The position numbers and the translations under genes were made by a program. Positions 9,424 through 19,661 of a stretch of DNA of 64,000 nt are shown here, in pieces. The stretch comes from an uncultured bacterium. GTDB taxonomy: Bacteria > Babelota > Babeliae > Babelales > Vermiphilaceae. A model generated the notes under the pieces. The model searched no databases. It was not told where the DNA came from and saw only the letters and a program-made list of their open reading frames with translations. The stretch's first letter is position 1, and each line of letters begins with the position of its first letter. Location of the stretch: NCBI GenBank assembly GCA_963702025.1, contig OY969699.1, forward strand, positions 224,001 to 288,000, written 5' to 3'.

Positions 9424-12400
9424 TTAATTATTTACGAGCAATCCAAAGTCGCCAGCAACCAGAATGTTCCCCCATCGCTTACTGCGCATGATATGAGTAA
9501 TGTGCTGCGCTTTGATCTTTTCAAAATCAACGGGAACCTTAGATTTTGATCCGCCAAACCCTGCATACAGATTCGGATGTCTTGCAACGCCCTGAGGTGT
9601 TGGTTTCTTTTTATCAGTGGCAGTGAAATAGAGTGAACCATCGGTCATAAATGATGATATGTATGTACCACATTTAATAAAACTTGTAAGAGCGTCTTGT
9701 GCACCAAAATCACGCAATGGTTGCACGGTAGTTCCATCAATTTCTTTATCACGAATTGTATGAATCACAAAGCGAGATATCCAAGTATTATCTCTATCAA
9801 TTGACCCTGAAATTACATAGAGCTGACCTACGGTTGCACGTGCCACATCGGTGGTGGCGCCATTGACACTGGTGCATACCAAACCGGTTACCGGTGTTTT
9901 TGTAGTCGTGAGCTGAATGTCTGTCCACGCCAAAGAATCTGTATCGCCAGAGCGCACATCTTTTCCATCCCCAACGCGGCACAGCCCGGCACTATGAGCA
10001 AGCAGCGCAAGCTTTTCTGACACAATCAAATCATGAAAAATGCCCATTTGCTGACCGGTAATTTTTTGCACCTGCGCAAGCGTTACTGGATGAAGTTGGC
10101 CACTCGCAAGGTCAACATTGCGCATATCAATACGATCCAACTGCGAATCGGTTAACACATATAAATACGGCGCATCAAAAACTAATTTTCGAACAAACGT
10201 ATAATTACCGAGCGAAACAAAACGCATTGTCGGCCCAAGCCCGCTAAAACCATACCCCAAACCCGGGTTACGGGGCCAGCCATTGCCATTCGCATCGCGT
10301 AAGACCGCCATACCGTTAACCCCGCCAACTACTAACCATGCCATAGCATCATTAGCAACAATTTCTGCAGCAATCACCGGACCAATTTTTTCTAACTCTC
10401 CACCGCTCATGCTCAAGACAGCACATGAGGGATCCAGCACAGTATCAATAATGCCATTCTTAAACTGTGCGACTGTTTCTTTCCCTTTTGACTCTATTTG
10501 TCCAACCAAAACAACCTTATTCAATCCGGTGGCGCACAAAAAAGGCTCAAACTCAAAAAGTCCTTGTATCCCAGCATCTTCTTGTTTAAATTCTGCATGC
10601 AGCAAGGCAAGACCAGTAGGAACATCTGTATCAACTTCTTTCCATTGCGATCTTGCAACCGTGCTGGCAGAATCCGCGGTTAAACCCGAAACAATGGTCA
10701 TGGTTGCTTGTTGAGCATCAAAAAGAGCTTGATGAATTGCGCCGCCCGTATCACCTATCTTTTGCCACATGGTCCATGCGGCAATACGGCCATCATAATC
10801 AAAAATTGCTTGAGAATGGTAAATACCGTTGGCCGCAAGATCTTCCGATTCATTAACAAATGCATAGACCGCGTCATCCTTTACCACAAAATTGCTAATT
10901 GGCGCCAGTAATGGCCCGGCTCCAACCAAAGCAGCGCTATCATCTTGCGCATAAATTCCTCGTGCATTTTTTGGCGGCATAACAAAATGGCGCGCCGCGA
11001 ATGGTTGCATGGTGCCCCTGGTAAAAAATTCTGCCGGCGATTCGGTAACATCGGCAAGGGTTCCGTGAAAATCCGCCAGCGACGGGTCAATAACACCGAA
11101 CGTGTTTTTATAATTAAGCGCCGGTAATGCAAAAATTGTTTTTTGTGTTTGTTCCGGCTCGCCATTACCGCCTTGGATAATTAAATAATCAAGAAAGCCG
11201 GTGGCGGTTTGCAGTGTTCGTATTTTATGAACCGAGACCGCTTGTTGTCCACCAATACCGCCAATAATCGAACAACGATCGACAGAAAGCATTGATTCTG
11301 CTACAACCGGCACAAGCGTAAGTGCCCCCTCATAATTAATATAACCGACAGCAACCGCTCGCGCCCCCGCACCTTCCTTGGAACCGGATCGAACACGCAA
11401 AGAAATATAAAGACGTTCAAGCGACGGGCCCCAATACAGATCCACAATATCATCCATGCAGGCCAGATCATCGCCAATTTTTAAAAAGGGCGAGCCACGG
11501 TGCACCGGCGCAGCAGCAATAACCTGCTTTTTAGGATCCTCATTGACCGCGGTAGCAACCTGGGTAAACTTTTTTTCAACTACCTTTCTAAAATACTTGG
11601 GCTTTTCTTCTTTCTTATCCTTATCTTCACGTATCGCGCCTAACTGTCTACCAATTTCATCCTCGTCCTCCTCTTCTAATTTTTTCTGCAGCTCCTCAAT
11701 CTCTTTTGAAGAAATTTCAATCTCTTTAATCGCTTCAAGGAAATATATCAGCGCAATACCGCTATCGCCATCACCAAAATGATCTTGATTGTTTCCTTTA
11801 ATCACTACAAATGCCTTGTCATCATGGCCCGCCAACGCAAGAATACCGTTATTAAGCGCTTTTCCTGATGCGTCATAAATCTTTTTAAGAGAAAAAAGCT
11901 GCTGCTGTGGAACAGGCTTTTTTTTCTGTTCTTTTTTTTCTGGCTCTTTTTCTTTTTTAGGCGCCGCATTTAGTGTTTTATCCTGTTCTTGCACCGATGG
12001 TTCCTTTGGAGCCTCTTGGACATTTTCTTTATTTGGCACCGGCAACAACCCATTAACTAAATAGAGTGTTTGTGGTTCAGAATCAGTAACAATCACAATA
12101 TTATTTTTTTGATTAATTTCGGTTATGTGCGCAATCGCAGCATTATATAACGGGCTTATTTGATCCTTAACCGTATCGAGCGTTACCGTTTGTGGTGCCA
12201 TGGGAATGAACTCTGTACTCATGCGCTCTAGATAGGAAATGGCAAATTCTTTGGCCGCATCTTGTTTGTCAGCACCAACATAGAGCCTATTATTACGATT
12301 AACAAAATTTGTTTTTATGGGAAAAGAAAATGTATTTCCCCGCGATGTATCATTTCCTTCAATTTTTTGCCAAGCGTGGAGTATAGTGGTGGTAAAAGAA

Positions 12401-12447
12401 AAGAGTATAATTGTCAAAACTTTTTTAGTACTAACGATGGTTACCAT
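9424..12447 (-). CDS. Large secreted protein, probably beta-propeller-rich
   Basis: 1007 aa; signal peptide ending LHA; many short beta-strand segments; charged low-complexity inserts. Confidence 0.65.
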   Translation of the reverse strand: MVTIVSTKKVLTIILFSFTTTILHAWQKIEGNDTSRGNTFSFPIKTNFVNRNNRLYVGADKQDAAKEFAISYLERMSTEFIPMAPQTVTLDTVKDQISPLYNAAIAHITEINQKNNIVIVTDSEPQTLYLVNGLLPVPNKENVQEAPKEPSVQEQDKTLNAAPKKEKEPEKKEQKKKPVPQQQLFSLKKIYDASGKALNNGILALAGHDDKAFVVIKGNNQDHFGDGDSGIALIYFLEAIKEIEISSKEIEELQKKLEEEDEDEIGRQLGAIREDKDKKEEKPKYFRKVVEKKFTQVATAVNEDPKKQVIAAAPVHRGSPFLKIGDDLACMDDIVDLYWGPSLERLYISLRVRSGSKEGAGARAVAVGYINYEGALTLVPVVAESMLSVDRCSIIGGIGGQQAVSVHKIRTLQTATGFLDYLIIQGGNGEPEQTQKTIFALPALNYKNTFGVIDPSLADFHGTLADVTESPAEFFTRGTMQPFAARHFVMPPKNARGIYAQDDSAALVGAGPLLAPISNFVVKDDAVYAFVNESEDLAANGIYHSQAIFDYDGRIAAWTMWQKIGDTGGAIHQALFDAQQATMTIVSGLTADSASTVARSQWKEVDTDVPTGLALLHAEFKQEDAGIQGLFEFEPFLCATGLNKVVLVGQIESKGKETVAQFKNGIIDTVLDPSCAVLSMSGGELEKIGPVIAAEIVANDAMAWLVVGGVNGMAVLRDANGNGWPRNPGLGYGFSGLGPTMRFVSLGNYTFVRKLVFDAPYLYVLTDSQLDRIDMRNVDLASGQLHPVTLAQVQKITGQQMGIFHDLIVSEKLALLAHSAGLCRVGDGKDVRSGDTDSLAWTDIQLTTTKTPVTGLVCTSVNGATTDVARATVGQLYVISGSIDRDNTWISRFVIHTIRDKEIDGTTVQPLRDFGAQDALTSFIKCGTYISSFMTDGSLYFTATDKKKPTPQGVARHPNLYAGFGGSKSKVPVDFEKIKAQHITHIMRSKRWGNILVAGDFGLLVNN

Positions 12448-12523
12448 TAATTTCCTTAATCATGAAAATTCGCACGTGTCGGATTTAATCTTAAATAAAA
12501 AACAGAAAACTGGCCAGGGGAAT

Positions 12524-14305
12524 ATGCGCATACGAACTCTATTTTTATGTTTTATCGGTATACTTACCCTCAATAATCAGTCATTCTGCTATGGACCACC
12601 CCAGGGCTGCGCATCAGAAAAACTTACCACAATTTGCCAGGCATACCACGAGTTTCTGGTCAGCGAATTTCCTGAATATGTCACCGCTTTTGCATTGGGC
12701 CCCACTACAAGCTGGACCGATTTATCACCTGCGGCAATCGCACTACGAACAGCAAAAATTGACGCGCTCGCGCAAGCAATCCAGGCACTGCCCTTGGCAG
12801 ATTTGAATTGCGATGAACTCATCTGCGCCCAATCACTCCAGCAAGAAATAGAGCTCTGGCAAAAAAAATGTACCGATGATGGCGCATACTGTTACGCAGC
12901 GCATCCGCTGATCGCGCTCATTGAATTGCCCTTTATCATGAGTAGGATGCCGCATGAAACAATGGATGATTATGGGTGCATTGAACAGCGTTTGCATGCT
13001 ATCCCAACGTTGGTTACCCAAATAATTACTTTGATTAACCGGCACACCATATCTCTTGAGATTTTTTCAGACCAAACCATTGCCGCTTTCCAATCGACCT
13101 TCAATGATTTTTGTGAGCCGACACCAACGAAAAACCCTCTCTTTTTTTTCTACGAAAATCTTCCGCAAACAATCAGCCAGGAGGGAAAAAGAGCACTGTG
13201 CGCCCGCGCGCGAGAACTGTTGATCAACGATATTATACCGGCATTCAGTCAGTTACAAGAAGTTGTCACACGCGCCTATTGCCAATATGCCGATCGGCAA
13301 AACAGATCCTCTATCAAATCAAAATGGTATGAGGATCAAGCTAAAATGTATACCAATAGCACATTGAGCGTGCAAGAAATTCATGATCTTGGAACGGCGG
13401 AGGTTGCGCGCATCGAAAATGAGATGATTGCCCTAATCCTCGATAACGGTTTTGCTGGTAGTATTCAGGAATTTATTCAACAACTCCGATCCCAGACGCA
13501 TTATTTTTACCCGGACCCCCAATCATTGATTGCAAGTCTTAAAAAGCGTATTGAGATTGTGGAGCACCATTTACCAAGACTATTTTTGCAAAAACCAAAA
13601 ATATCATGCTCCGTGCAAATAATTCCGCCCAATAGCCCATTCGCTCCACTGGGTGCCTATTATATTAGCGGATCAGTAAAAAATAATGTGCCGGGAAATT
13701 TTTACGTTAACGCGCATAATTTACCAAACTTCCCTGATTGGGAACTTGATGCATTAATATTGCATGAAGCATTGCCGGGCCACCATTTGCAAATGAGTCT
13801 TGCGCAAGAAGTGCAAAAGATGCCCATTTTTTTTCGCACCGAATCACAATCATTCTATAACTTTACTGCTTTCATAGAAGGCTGGGGACTCTATGCCGAA
13901 TCTTTGGGCAAAGAATTAGGTCTTTACAAAGATTACGCAAGCAGATTCGGAAAATTGTCGTATGAAATGATGCGTGCCGTACGGCTGGTGATAGATACCG
14001 GGTTACATGCATTTAATTGGTCCCGTGAACAAGCAGTAGATTATTTTGTAGAAAAAACGGGCATGACCGTTGAATTGGCCCGCGATGAAGTGAAGCGCTA
14101 TTTACTCTGGCCCGCGCAAGCGCTCTCGTATAAAATTGGCGAATTAAAAATTCACGAACTCCGCGCCTACGCACACACTATTCTCAAGGACCATTTTGAC
14201 ATACGCCAATTCCATCATCAGATTTTGGCTCATGGCTATATTCATCTGGATGTTTTAGAAAAACATATCAAAAAATGGGCATTGGATCTATCAAACGCGC
14301 ACTAA
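12524..14305 (+). CDS. DUF885 family protein (metallopeptidase-like)
   Basis: HEALPGHHLQ, EGWGLYAE, RAVRLVIDTGLH and PAQALSYKIG motifs; start MRIRTLF after AGGGG. Confidence 0.9.
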   Translation: MRIRTLFLCFIGILTLNNQSFCYGPPQGCASEKLTTICQAYHEFLVSEFPEYVTAFALGPTTSWTDLSPAAIALRTAKIDALAQAIQALPLADLNCDELICAQSLQQEIELWQKKCTDDGAYCYAAHPLIALIELPFIMSRMPHETMDDYGCIEQRLHAIPTLVTQIITLINRHTISLEIFSDQTIAAFQSTFNDFCEPTPTKNPLFFFYENLPQTISQEGKRALCARARELLINDIIPAFSQLQEVVTRAYCQYADRQNRSSIKSKWYEDQAKMYTNSTLSVQEIHDLGTAEVARIENEMIALILDNGFAGSIQEFIQQLRSQTHYFYPDPQSLIASLKKRIEIVEHHLPRLFLQKPKISCSVQIIPPNSPFAPLGAYYISGSVKNNVPGNFYVNAHNLPNFPDWELDALILHEALPGHHLQMSLAQEVQKMPIFFRTESQSFYNFTAFIEGWGLYAESLGKELGLYKDYASRFGKLSYEMMRAVRLVIDTGLHAFNWSREQAVDYFVEKTGMTVELARDEVKRYLLWPAQALSYKIGELKIHELRAYAHTILKDHFDIRQFHHQILAHGYIHLDVLEKHIKKWALDLSNAH

Positions 14306-14317
14306 TCGCGAGCTTAA

Positions 14318-14860
14318 TTAGGCTTTTCCAGTACCTGTGGCACAATTATGATTAGATTCTTGTTTTTCAGAGAGGTTAGGTTGCATTGCATTAATTCTTT
14401 CATTCACTTCACGCCGCCTTTGTTCAAGAGTTTCGTAATATTTTACCAATTCCTTTAAAATACTCTGCTCATTGGCAACCCTGATTAAACCAAACTTTAA
14501 CATATTAAATTGGCCAGGCATTTGGTTACTACCCGATTTTTTAAAAAGCTCTTTAATCAAAAAACCATCCATGTTTTTTTCATTATTAAATCGCTCAACA
14601 AAAGCACGAATCTTATCACCTTTATGGTCAATTTGTTCTTGATTAAGATCTTTTTTTGCAAATTTTTCACCTAAAATGAGTATGGTTTGTTGCATTAGCA
14701 TTTCTATCTTCGCAGATCTTTGGGCAATCTGATCAGCTAATTCTGAAAGTTGTTCTTTTATTCGACGTTTCATCATTTCTAAATGTGCTTTAGGATCATT
14801 ATCACCATGAGCGAGTGGCATCGCAAAAAGAACAACCACTAATATTTTTTTGTAATTCAT
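14318..14860 (-). CDS. Hypothetical secreted coiled-coil protein
   Basis: Signal peptide ending AHG; helical heptad pattern. Confidence 0.7.
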   Translation of the reverse strand: MNYKKILVVVLFAMPLAHGDNDPKAHLEMMKRRIKEQLSELADQIAQRSAKIEMLMQQTILILGEKFAKKDLNQEQIDHKGDKIRAFVERFNNEKNMDGFLIKELFKKSGSNQMPGQFNMLKFGLIRVANEQSILKELVKYYETLEQRRREVNERINAMQPNLSEKQESNHNCATGTGKA

Positions 14861-14908
14861 GTTTTTTACCTTTGTAAGTTTAAAAAATGTTATTTACTTT
14901 GATTGGAA

Positions 14909-15409
14909 CTATTTTTGAAGCAAAAGAAATTTAATTTTTTGAGCATCTTCTAATTTTCTATGCAGATCTTGGTAAAATTTATTCGCGTCATAAAATATGC
15001 CTTTTAGTAAGAAACCAACTGAAACTAGGGATAGGAAAGAACATATTATTTCTCCCCGTGTCGGTTCAATAATTTCAACAAGAGCTGGTGATTCCATTCT
15101 CATTATATTATCAATCCTTAGAGCTCTATACATTTGATCAAGAAGGCATAGCATTACTCCCGGAATAATTACCGATTTTATCCCGTAGACTTTCAACCAG
15201 TCTAATTCAAGATTTTTGCGATCACTCATAATAATGTCATCGGCCAATGCAATTAAGGCCTCTTTTTCACTTTCAGACAATTGTTGATTTTGCAACTCTT
15301 GTTTAAATTGCTGATAATCACTTTTGATAATAAGATCTTCTAATGAGCCATGCGCACTGGCTACTGAAACTACAAGTAATGCTGATAAAACTATATATTT
15401 GGTTTTCAT
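14909..15409 (-). CDS. Hypothetical exported protein with two hydrophobic segments
   Basis: GAGG RBS before MKTKYIVLSALLVVSVASA. Confidence 0.65.
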   Translation of the reverse strand: MKTKYIVLSALLVVSVASAHGSLEDLIIKSDYQQFKQELQNQQLSESEKEALIALADDIIMSDRKNLELDWLKVYGIKSVIIPGVMLCLLDQMYRALRIDNIMRMESPALVEIIEPTRGEIICSFLSLVSVGFLLKGIFYDANKFYQDLHRKLEDAQKIKFLLLQK

Positions 15410-15495
15410 GAAAGCCTCGCTGTTGAGAAAATTAAACAATAATTGCTTAGTTTATTCATTTTAAAGCCATTTACCAAAATTTATGTTTATGAAAA

Positions 15496-15813
15496 TTATC
15501 TGGCTTTTGTCTTGTTTAGGCTTTGAGGATATAAGCCTTGATCAATGATCTCCAAAAGACGCAACGCTGACGGAGCCGGATTGCGCTTTCCCGCCTCCCA
15601 TGATTGCAAAGTGCGCAAGCTAACGCCAAGAACCTTTGCAAAGTAACCTTGAGAATATTTTTTTCTTTCTCTTAGCTTCTTGATATCTTTCGCTTTATAC
15701 TCCGTAGGCGGTTCAGGAATCTCTACAAGCTCCGAACGAAGATTAATTTTACTTTCTTTGTGGGCGATGATTTCTTCAAGACCGTCTTTTAGGTCTTTAA
15801 AAAATTTTGACAT
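15496..15813 (-). CDS. XRE-family HTH antitoxin (HigA-like)
   Basis: SQGYFAKVLGVSLRTLQSWEAGKRNP helix-turn-helix; lies downstream of a RelE/HigB-like remnant. Confidence 0.88.
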   Translation of the reverse strand: MSKFFKDLKDGLEEIIAHKESKINLRSELVEIPEPPTEYKAKDIKKLRERKKYSQGYFAKVLGVSLRTLQSWEAGKRNPAPSALRLLEIIDQGLYPQSLNKTKAR

Positions 15814-15815
15814 AG

Positions 15816-16159
15816 TTATCTCGACTTAATGATTGTGGTTAATTGTTTTAAAGCTTTGATTTCTTCACTACTCAAATTTTCTTTTTCATTTTTGGGATAT
15901 ATTGCAATGAAATATATTTCTTCGTGCAATGGATCGTCATAATAGCAAACACGAAATCCTCCCCTTTTTCCTTTGGTTAAACTTTTAAGGCGAGTTTTTC
16001 TTATTCCTCCGGTCTTGGGAATTAAATCACCCCAATCAGGGTTTTCAATCAGTTTCTTCTTTAAATCCTCAAAATCTTTTTCTGAAGCTTTTCTTGAGGC
16101 AAAGAGCTCATCTATTGTTTTAGTGAATTTTCTGGTCTAGTAAAAATTCTTTTACTCAT
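15816..16159 (-). pseudogene. Frameshifted RelE/HigB-like toxin
   Basis: ATG 16159 gives MSKRIF then stops after 15 codons; the other frame reads TRKFTKTIDEL...NPDWGDLIPKTGGIRKTR...GKRGGFRVCYY...IYPKNEKENLS. Confidence 0.85.
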
Positions 16160-16237
16160 AATCAATCATACTACTTTGTATGGCATTTATGTCAATAAAT
16201 ATCACTAGGCCGTGCTTAGGATTTTATTATATTACAT

Positions 16238-16266
16238 CCTTCGACCGGCTCAGCACGAACGGACTG
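16238..16266 (+). repeat. REP-like half element (CCTTCGACCGGCTCAGCACGAACGGACTG)
   Basis: Shares CACGAACGGACTG exactly with the pgeF insertion (45060-45072) and CCTTCGA..GCTCAG with the gspI element. Confidence 0.6.
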
Positions 16267-16373
16267 TGTGCTCAAACATCGATTCACTCTTTCAAATAGT
16301 TAAAAATCTGTTATAACTATCCATATGCTTAATTTTATAAAACACAATTCTTTTCAATCTGGACTATCACCCT

Positions 16374-17918
16374 ATGCATGCAAAAATTTTTTCAGCAACC
16401 ACCATCGGTATTGATGCGCATCTTATTGAAGTTGAAGTAGATATCTCCTTTGGTCTGGTTAATTTTTTTATTGTCGGCCTTCCCGATACTGCCGTTAAAG
16501 AAAGCAGCAAGCGGCTCTTGACCGCACTTAAAAATTGCGGCTTTCAACTTCCTTCTAAAAAAATTACGGTCAATTTAGCGCCCGCCGATGTAAAAAAAGA
16601 GGGAACATTATTTGATTTACCCATTGCGGTGGGAATTTTGGTTGCTGCTGAATTTCTTGTCATGGAAAAAAGTTTTTTGGATGAAACATTATTTTTAGGC
16701 GAACTTTCTCTTGACGGAAGCATCCGGCCCATCAAAGGCGCCCTGGCCATCGCGTATGATGCGGCAAATCTCAAAAAAAAGCGGATCATTGTGCCGCAGG
16801 CAAATGCGCGGGAAGCGGCATTAATTTCCGGGCTGGAAGTGATCGGCGTTGAACATATCACCCAGCTCATTGCCTTTTTGCGCGGCGAACTAATTATTGA
16901 GCCAACGCGCAGCGCATTTGATGAGCATGCCACTGCAACGAGCAAAGACTCATTAGATTTTAATCAAGTTAAGGGGCAAACCTTTGCAAAACGCGCTCTG
17001 CAAATTGCTGCTGCCGGCCGCCACAATATTTTATTTGTTGGGCCACCGGGAGCGGGAAAAACAATGCTTGCCAAACGATTGCCCTCCATCATGCCGGCAA
17101 TGACTTTTGATGAAGTGCTCGAAGCAAGCAAAATTTATTCAATTAGTGGAAAATTAGGCAATCAATCATTAATCACGCAGCGGCCTTTCCGTGATCCGCA
17201 TCACACTATTTCACAAGCGGGATTAGTTGGCGGTGGCTCTTATCCACAACCGGGTGAGATTAGTTTGGCGCACAACGGCATCCTTTTTTTGGATGAACTT
17301 ACTGAATTTAAACGGCACACTTTGGAAGTATTGCGTCAGCCGCTGGAAAATAAAACGGTCCATATTTCTCGCGCTCTCCACTCTCTCTCTTTTCCTGCTT
17401 CCTTTTTACTCGTTGCGGCACTCAATCCTTGCCCGTGTGGATTTTGGGGCGATAAAAAACGGCGTTGTTCTTGCTCGAGCCAACAAATAGCCCATTATTT
17501 AGAAAAATTGTCAGGTCCGCTCCTTGATCGCATTGATTTGCAAATTAATGTGCAATCGATTGAATATGATACCATCAAAGCGAGCCCGAGCACCTGCCAA
17601 AGTTCGGCCGATCTTTTTGCCGGCGTACAAAATGCGCTCACTGCTCAATCAAGCCGTTTTGGCACTAACGCACAATGGAACGCGCACATGAGCGCTGAGC
17701 TGGTAGAAAAACATTGTATTTTATCACCGGAAGCCGAAGCTATTATCAAAAAAGCATTTGATGTGTTGCATTTGAGCATGCGAGGCTACCACAAAATTCT
17801 GCGCGTGGCACGCACCATCGCCGATATTGAACAACAAACCATTATTGATGTTCCCCATATTCAAGAAGCAATCATGTACCGCTCACTCGATCAAAGCTTG
17901 GAGCGGCATCGTCAATGA
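16374..17918 (+). CDS. comM: YifB/ComM Mg-chelatase-like AAA+ ATPase
   Basis: IVGLPD, ITVNLAPAD, GPPGAGKT, PFRDPHH, GEISLAHNGILFLDE and NPCPCG motifs. Confidence 0.95.
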   Translation: MHAKIFSATTIGIDAHLIEVEVDISFGLVNFFIVGLPDTAVKESSKRLLTALKNCGFQLPSKKITVNLAPADVKKEGTLFDLPIAVGILVAAEFLVMEKSFLDETLFLGELSLDGSIRPIKGALAIAYDAANLKKKRIIVPQANAREAALISGLEVIGVEHITQLIAFLRGELIIEPTRSAFDEHATATSKDSLDFNQVKGQTFAKRALQIAAAGRHNILFVGPPGAGKTMLAKRLPSIMPAMTFDEVLEASKIYSISGKLGNQSLITQRPFRDPHHTISQAGLVGGGSYPQPGEISLAHNGILFLDELTEFKRHTLEVLRQPLENKTVHISRALHSLSFPASFLLVAALNPCPCGFWGDKKRRCSCSSQQIAHYLEKLSGPLLDRIDLQINVQSIEYDTIKASPSTCQSSADLFAGVQNALTAQSSRFGTNAQWNAHMSAELVEKHCILSPEAEAIIKKAFDVLHLSMRGYHKILRVARTIADIEQQTIIDVPHIQEAIMYRSLDQSLERHRQ

Positions 17919-18313
17919 TTCTGGGCATCGGCATTGACTCAGTTGTCATTGAGCGTTTTGGCCAATGGCATTCGTATGACCAGGCAAAACTCGCGCGTAT
18001 TTTTAGCCAACCGGAAATCACCTATTGTCTTTCAAATACTAGTTTAAGCGCGCAACGCTTTGCCGTTCGCTTTGCCACCCGTGAAGCACTTTTTAAAGCA
18101 ATCAGTGCGGCATTTGCCGATCACACTGTTCCATTTTTAACACTTTGTCGCGCAACAATTATAATAAAACACCGTGCGCCAAGATTGATTATTGACTGGC
18201 AATTACTTGTCCCCTATGGCATGAATAATTTTTCTGGAATTATTGCTCATCTTTCATTAACTCACACTAATCACAGTGCAACCGCATTTGTTATTCTATC
18301 GCAGCGCAATTAA
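17915..18313 (+). CDS. acpS: Holo-[acyl-carrier-protein] synthase
   Basis: GIGID...RFATREALFKA...HLSLTH. Confidence 0.9.
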   Translation: MILGIGIDSVVIERFGQWHSYDQAKLARIFSQPEITYCLSNTSLSAQRFAVRFATREALFKAISAAFADHTVPFLTLCRATIIIKHRAPRLIIDWQLLVPYGMNNFSGIIAHLSLTHTNHSATAFVILSQRN

Positions 18314-18381
18314 GTTGAAGTAAAAAAATTATCGTAGTATATCAAGAATTAGTATTAGTATTCCCAAAAAAAGGAACCCTC

Positions 18382-18894
18382 ATCAATATAAAGTCACTTC
18401 TTTTACTCAGCCTGCCACTAACCATTTTGTGCTCCGCAGCCGGCGCCATGCAAGATGAGCAACATCAACTTTCACCACAATCAATCCCTGAGCATAGCGT
18501 TTGTCTCGATCCCTCATTTGCGGATGATGAAGTTCTTAATCACCTGATTTACAAAGACCTAAATAAACAAGAACCGAGCCGTTTCGATAAAATCATTGCT
18601 TTAGCAAAAGGTCTAGATAACTCCCTGGATTTCGATGAGACCTATTATAAGTATCCAAAGAATACCAAAGAAGAAAAAGAGTTAGTTGAAAAACAAGATT
18701 TTAGAATTCCTCTTCGTCATCACATCAGGCTCATACTTAAATTAGCCAAACAAAAGAATAGCGATGATCTCACTATACTAGAAAATGCCATACTTAGCCT
18801 TCCTCCATATAAAATAAAATATCTGATACACAAAAGCCACATCGAGCGTCTTTCCGAATTGGCACCACCAAACGTGACTATGATAATTGCTTAG
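18382..18894 (+). CDS. Hypothetical secreted protein, possibly degenerate
   Basis: Frame extends to an ATC at 18382 just after an AAGGAA RBS, giving a signal peptide ending AGA-MQ. Confidence 0.5.
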   Translation: MNIKSLLLLSLPLTILCSAAGAMQDEQHQLSPQSIPEHSVCLDPSFADDEVLNHLIYKDLNKQEPSRFDKIIALAKGLDNSLDFDETYYKYPKNTKEEKELVEKQDFRIPLRHHIRLILKLAKQKNSDDLTILENAILSLPPYKIKYLIHKSHIERLSELAPPNVTMIIA

Positions 18895-19085
18895 TAAAAG
18901 AACATACCTCAAAATATAAAGATGCTATGCATTGCGCACTCATGGACTCACCCTATCCTTTTATGACTCCTATTGCTGAATCGCGCCTATTTTCGAAATA
19001 ATTTTTCAAGGTATTTAGGGGACATTATTCTCAATGTTCCCTGCAAAAAAACCATTCATGCAAAGCTCTTGAGGGCACTTCTTAT

Positions 19086-19113
19086 TTGACAAATGCTTAA
19101 AAGTCCGTACTCT
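19086..19113 (+). promoter_or_regulatory. Putative promoter of tRNA-fMet (TTGACA-N16-TACTCT)
   Basis: Perfect -35 upstream of the tRNA. Confidence 0.5.
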
Positions 19114-19146
19114 TATAGTACTTTCTTCTTCTCTTTGAATGTAAAT

Positions 19147-19221
<75 letters not shown>

Positions 19222-19223
<2 letters not shown>

Positions 19224-19354
19224 GTCTTCGCCCACAAGGGGCTACGCCTGGCAGGCCAGTTTCTAAGGAAGAAAATATAACATTATTAGCACATTGCGAA
19301 GACTGCCCGCCGTAGCTTGCCAAGCCGGAAGGCGTGGATAAGCGTAGGCTGGGC
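19222..19354. repeat. REP/BIME-like inverted-repeat cluster downstream of the tRNA
   Basis: CAGTCTTCGC (19222-19231)/GCGAAGACTG (19296-19305) IR; GCTACG/CGTAGC; GC-rich hairpins around an AT-rich spacer. Confidence 0.55.
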
Positions 19355-19661
19355 TGATTGTCTTGGAAAATATTTTTATAATAGGCCAGTTTTTTAAAGA
19401 TTCTTCCCTAATAAATTCCCCTAATTACCTACTCTTCAAGCTACTTAAAATCACTAGAAAGAGCCAAAAAAGAAGAATGTCCGCCCAAGCATCTATATGA
19501 CTATACTTATTACTTTACATAGAACTAAGCAATGGCTGGACTGATTCTGGGGCCTTTTTTTTAAAATAATCAACTCTTATTCTTAGCACTTCTTCTTTAC
19601 TTATCGTTTCTCTTTTTGTAATGTCGAGATTGAATCATTCCTAAAAAAAGGAGAATGAAAA

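Noticed and set aside
12317..12523. Long N-terminal extensions in the ORF track (DUF885 at 12317, murJ at 22746, ftsA at 52130, 25813, gspI at 4985)
   Set aside because: They overlap neighbouring genes; downstream ATGs give family-typical or signal-peptide N-termini.
16100..16159. Programmed -1 frameshift at ATT TTT rescuing the toxin
   Set aside because: A -1 slip there reads TAC TAG and stops; a simple inactivating deletion is more parsimonious.
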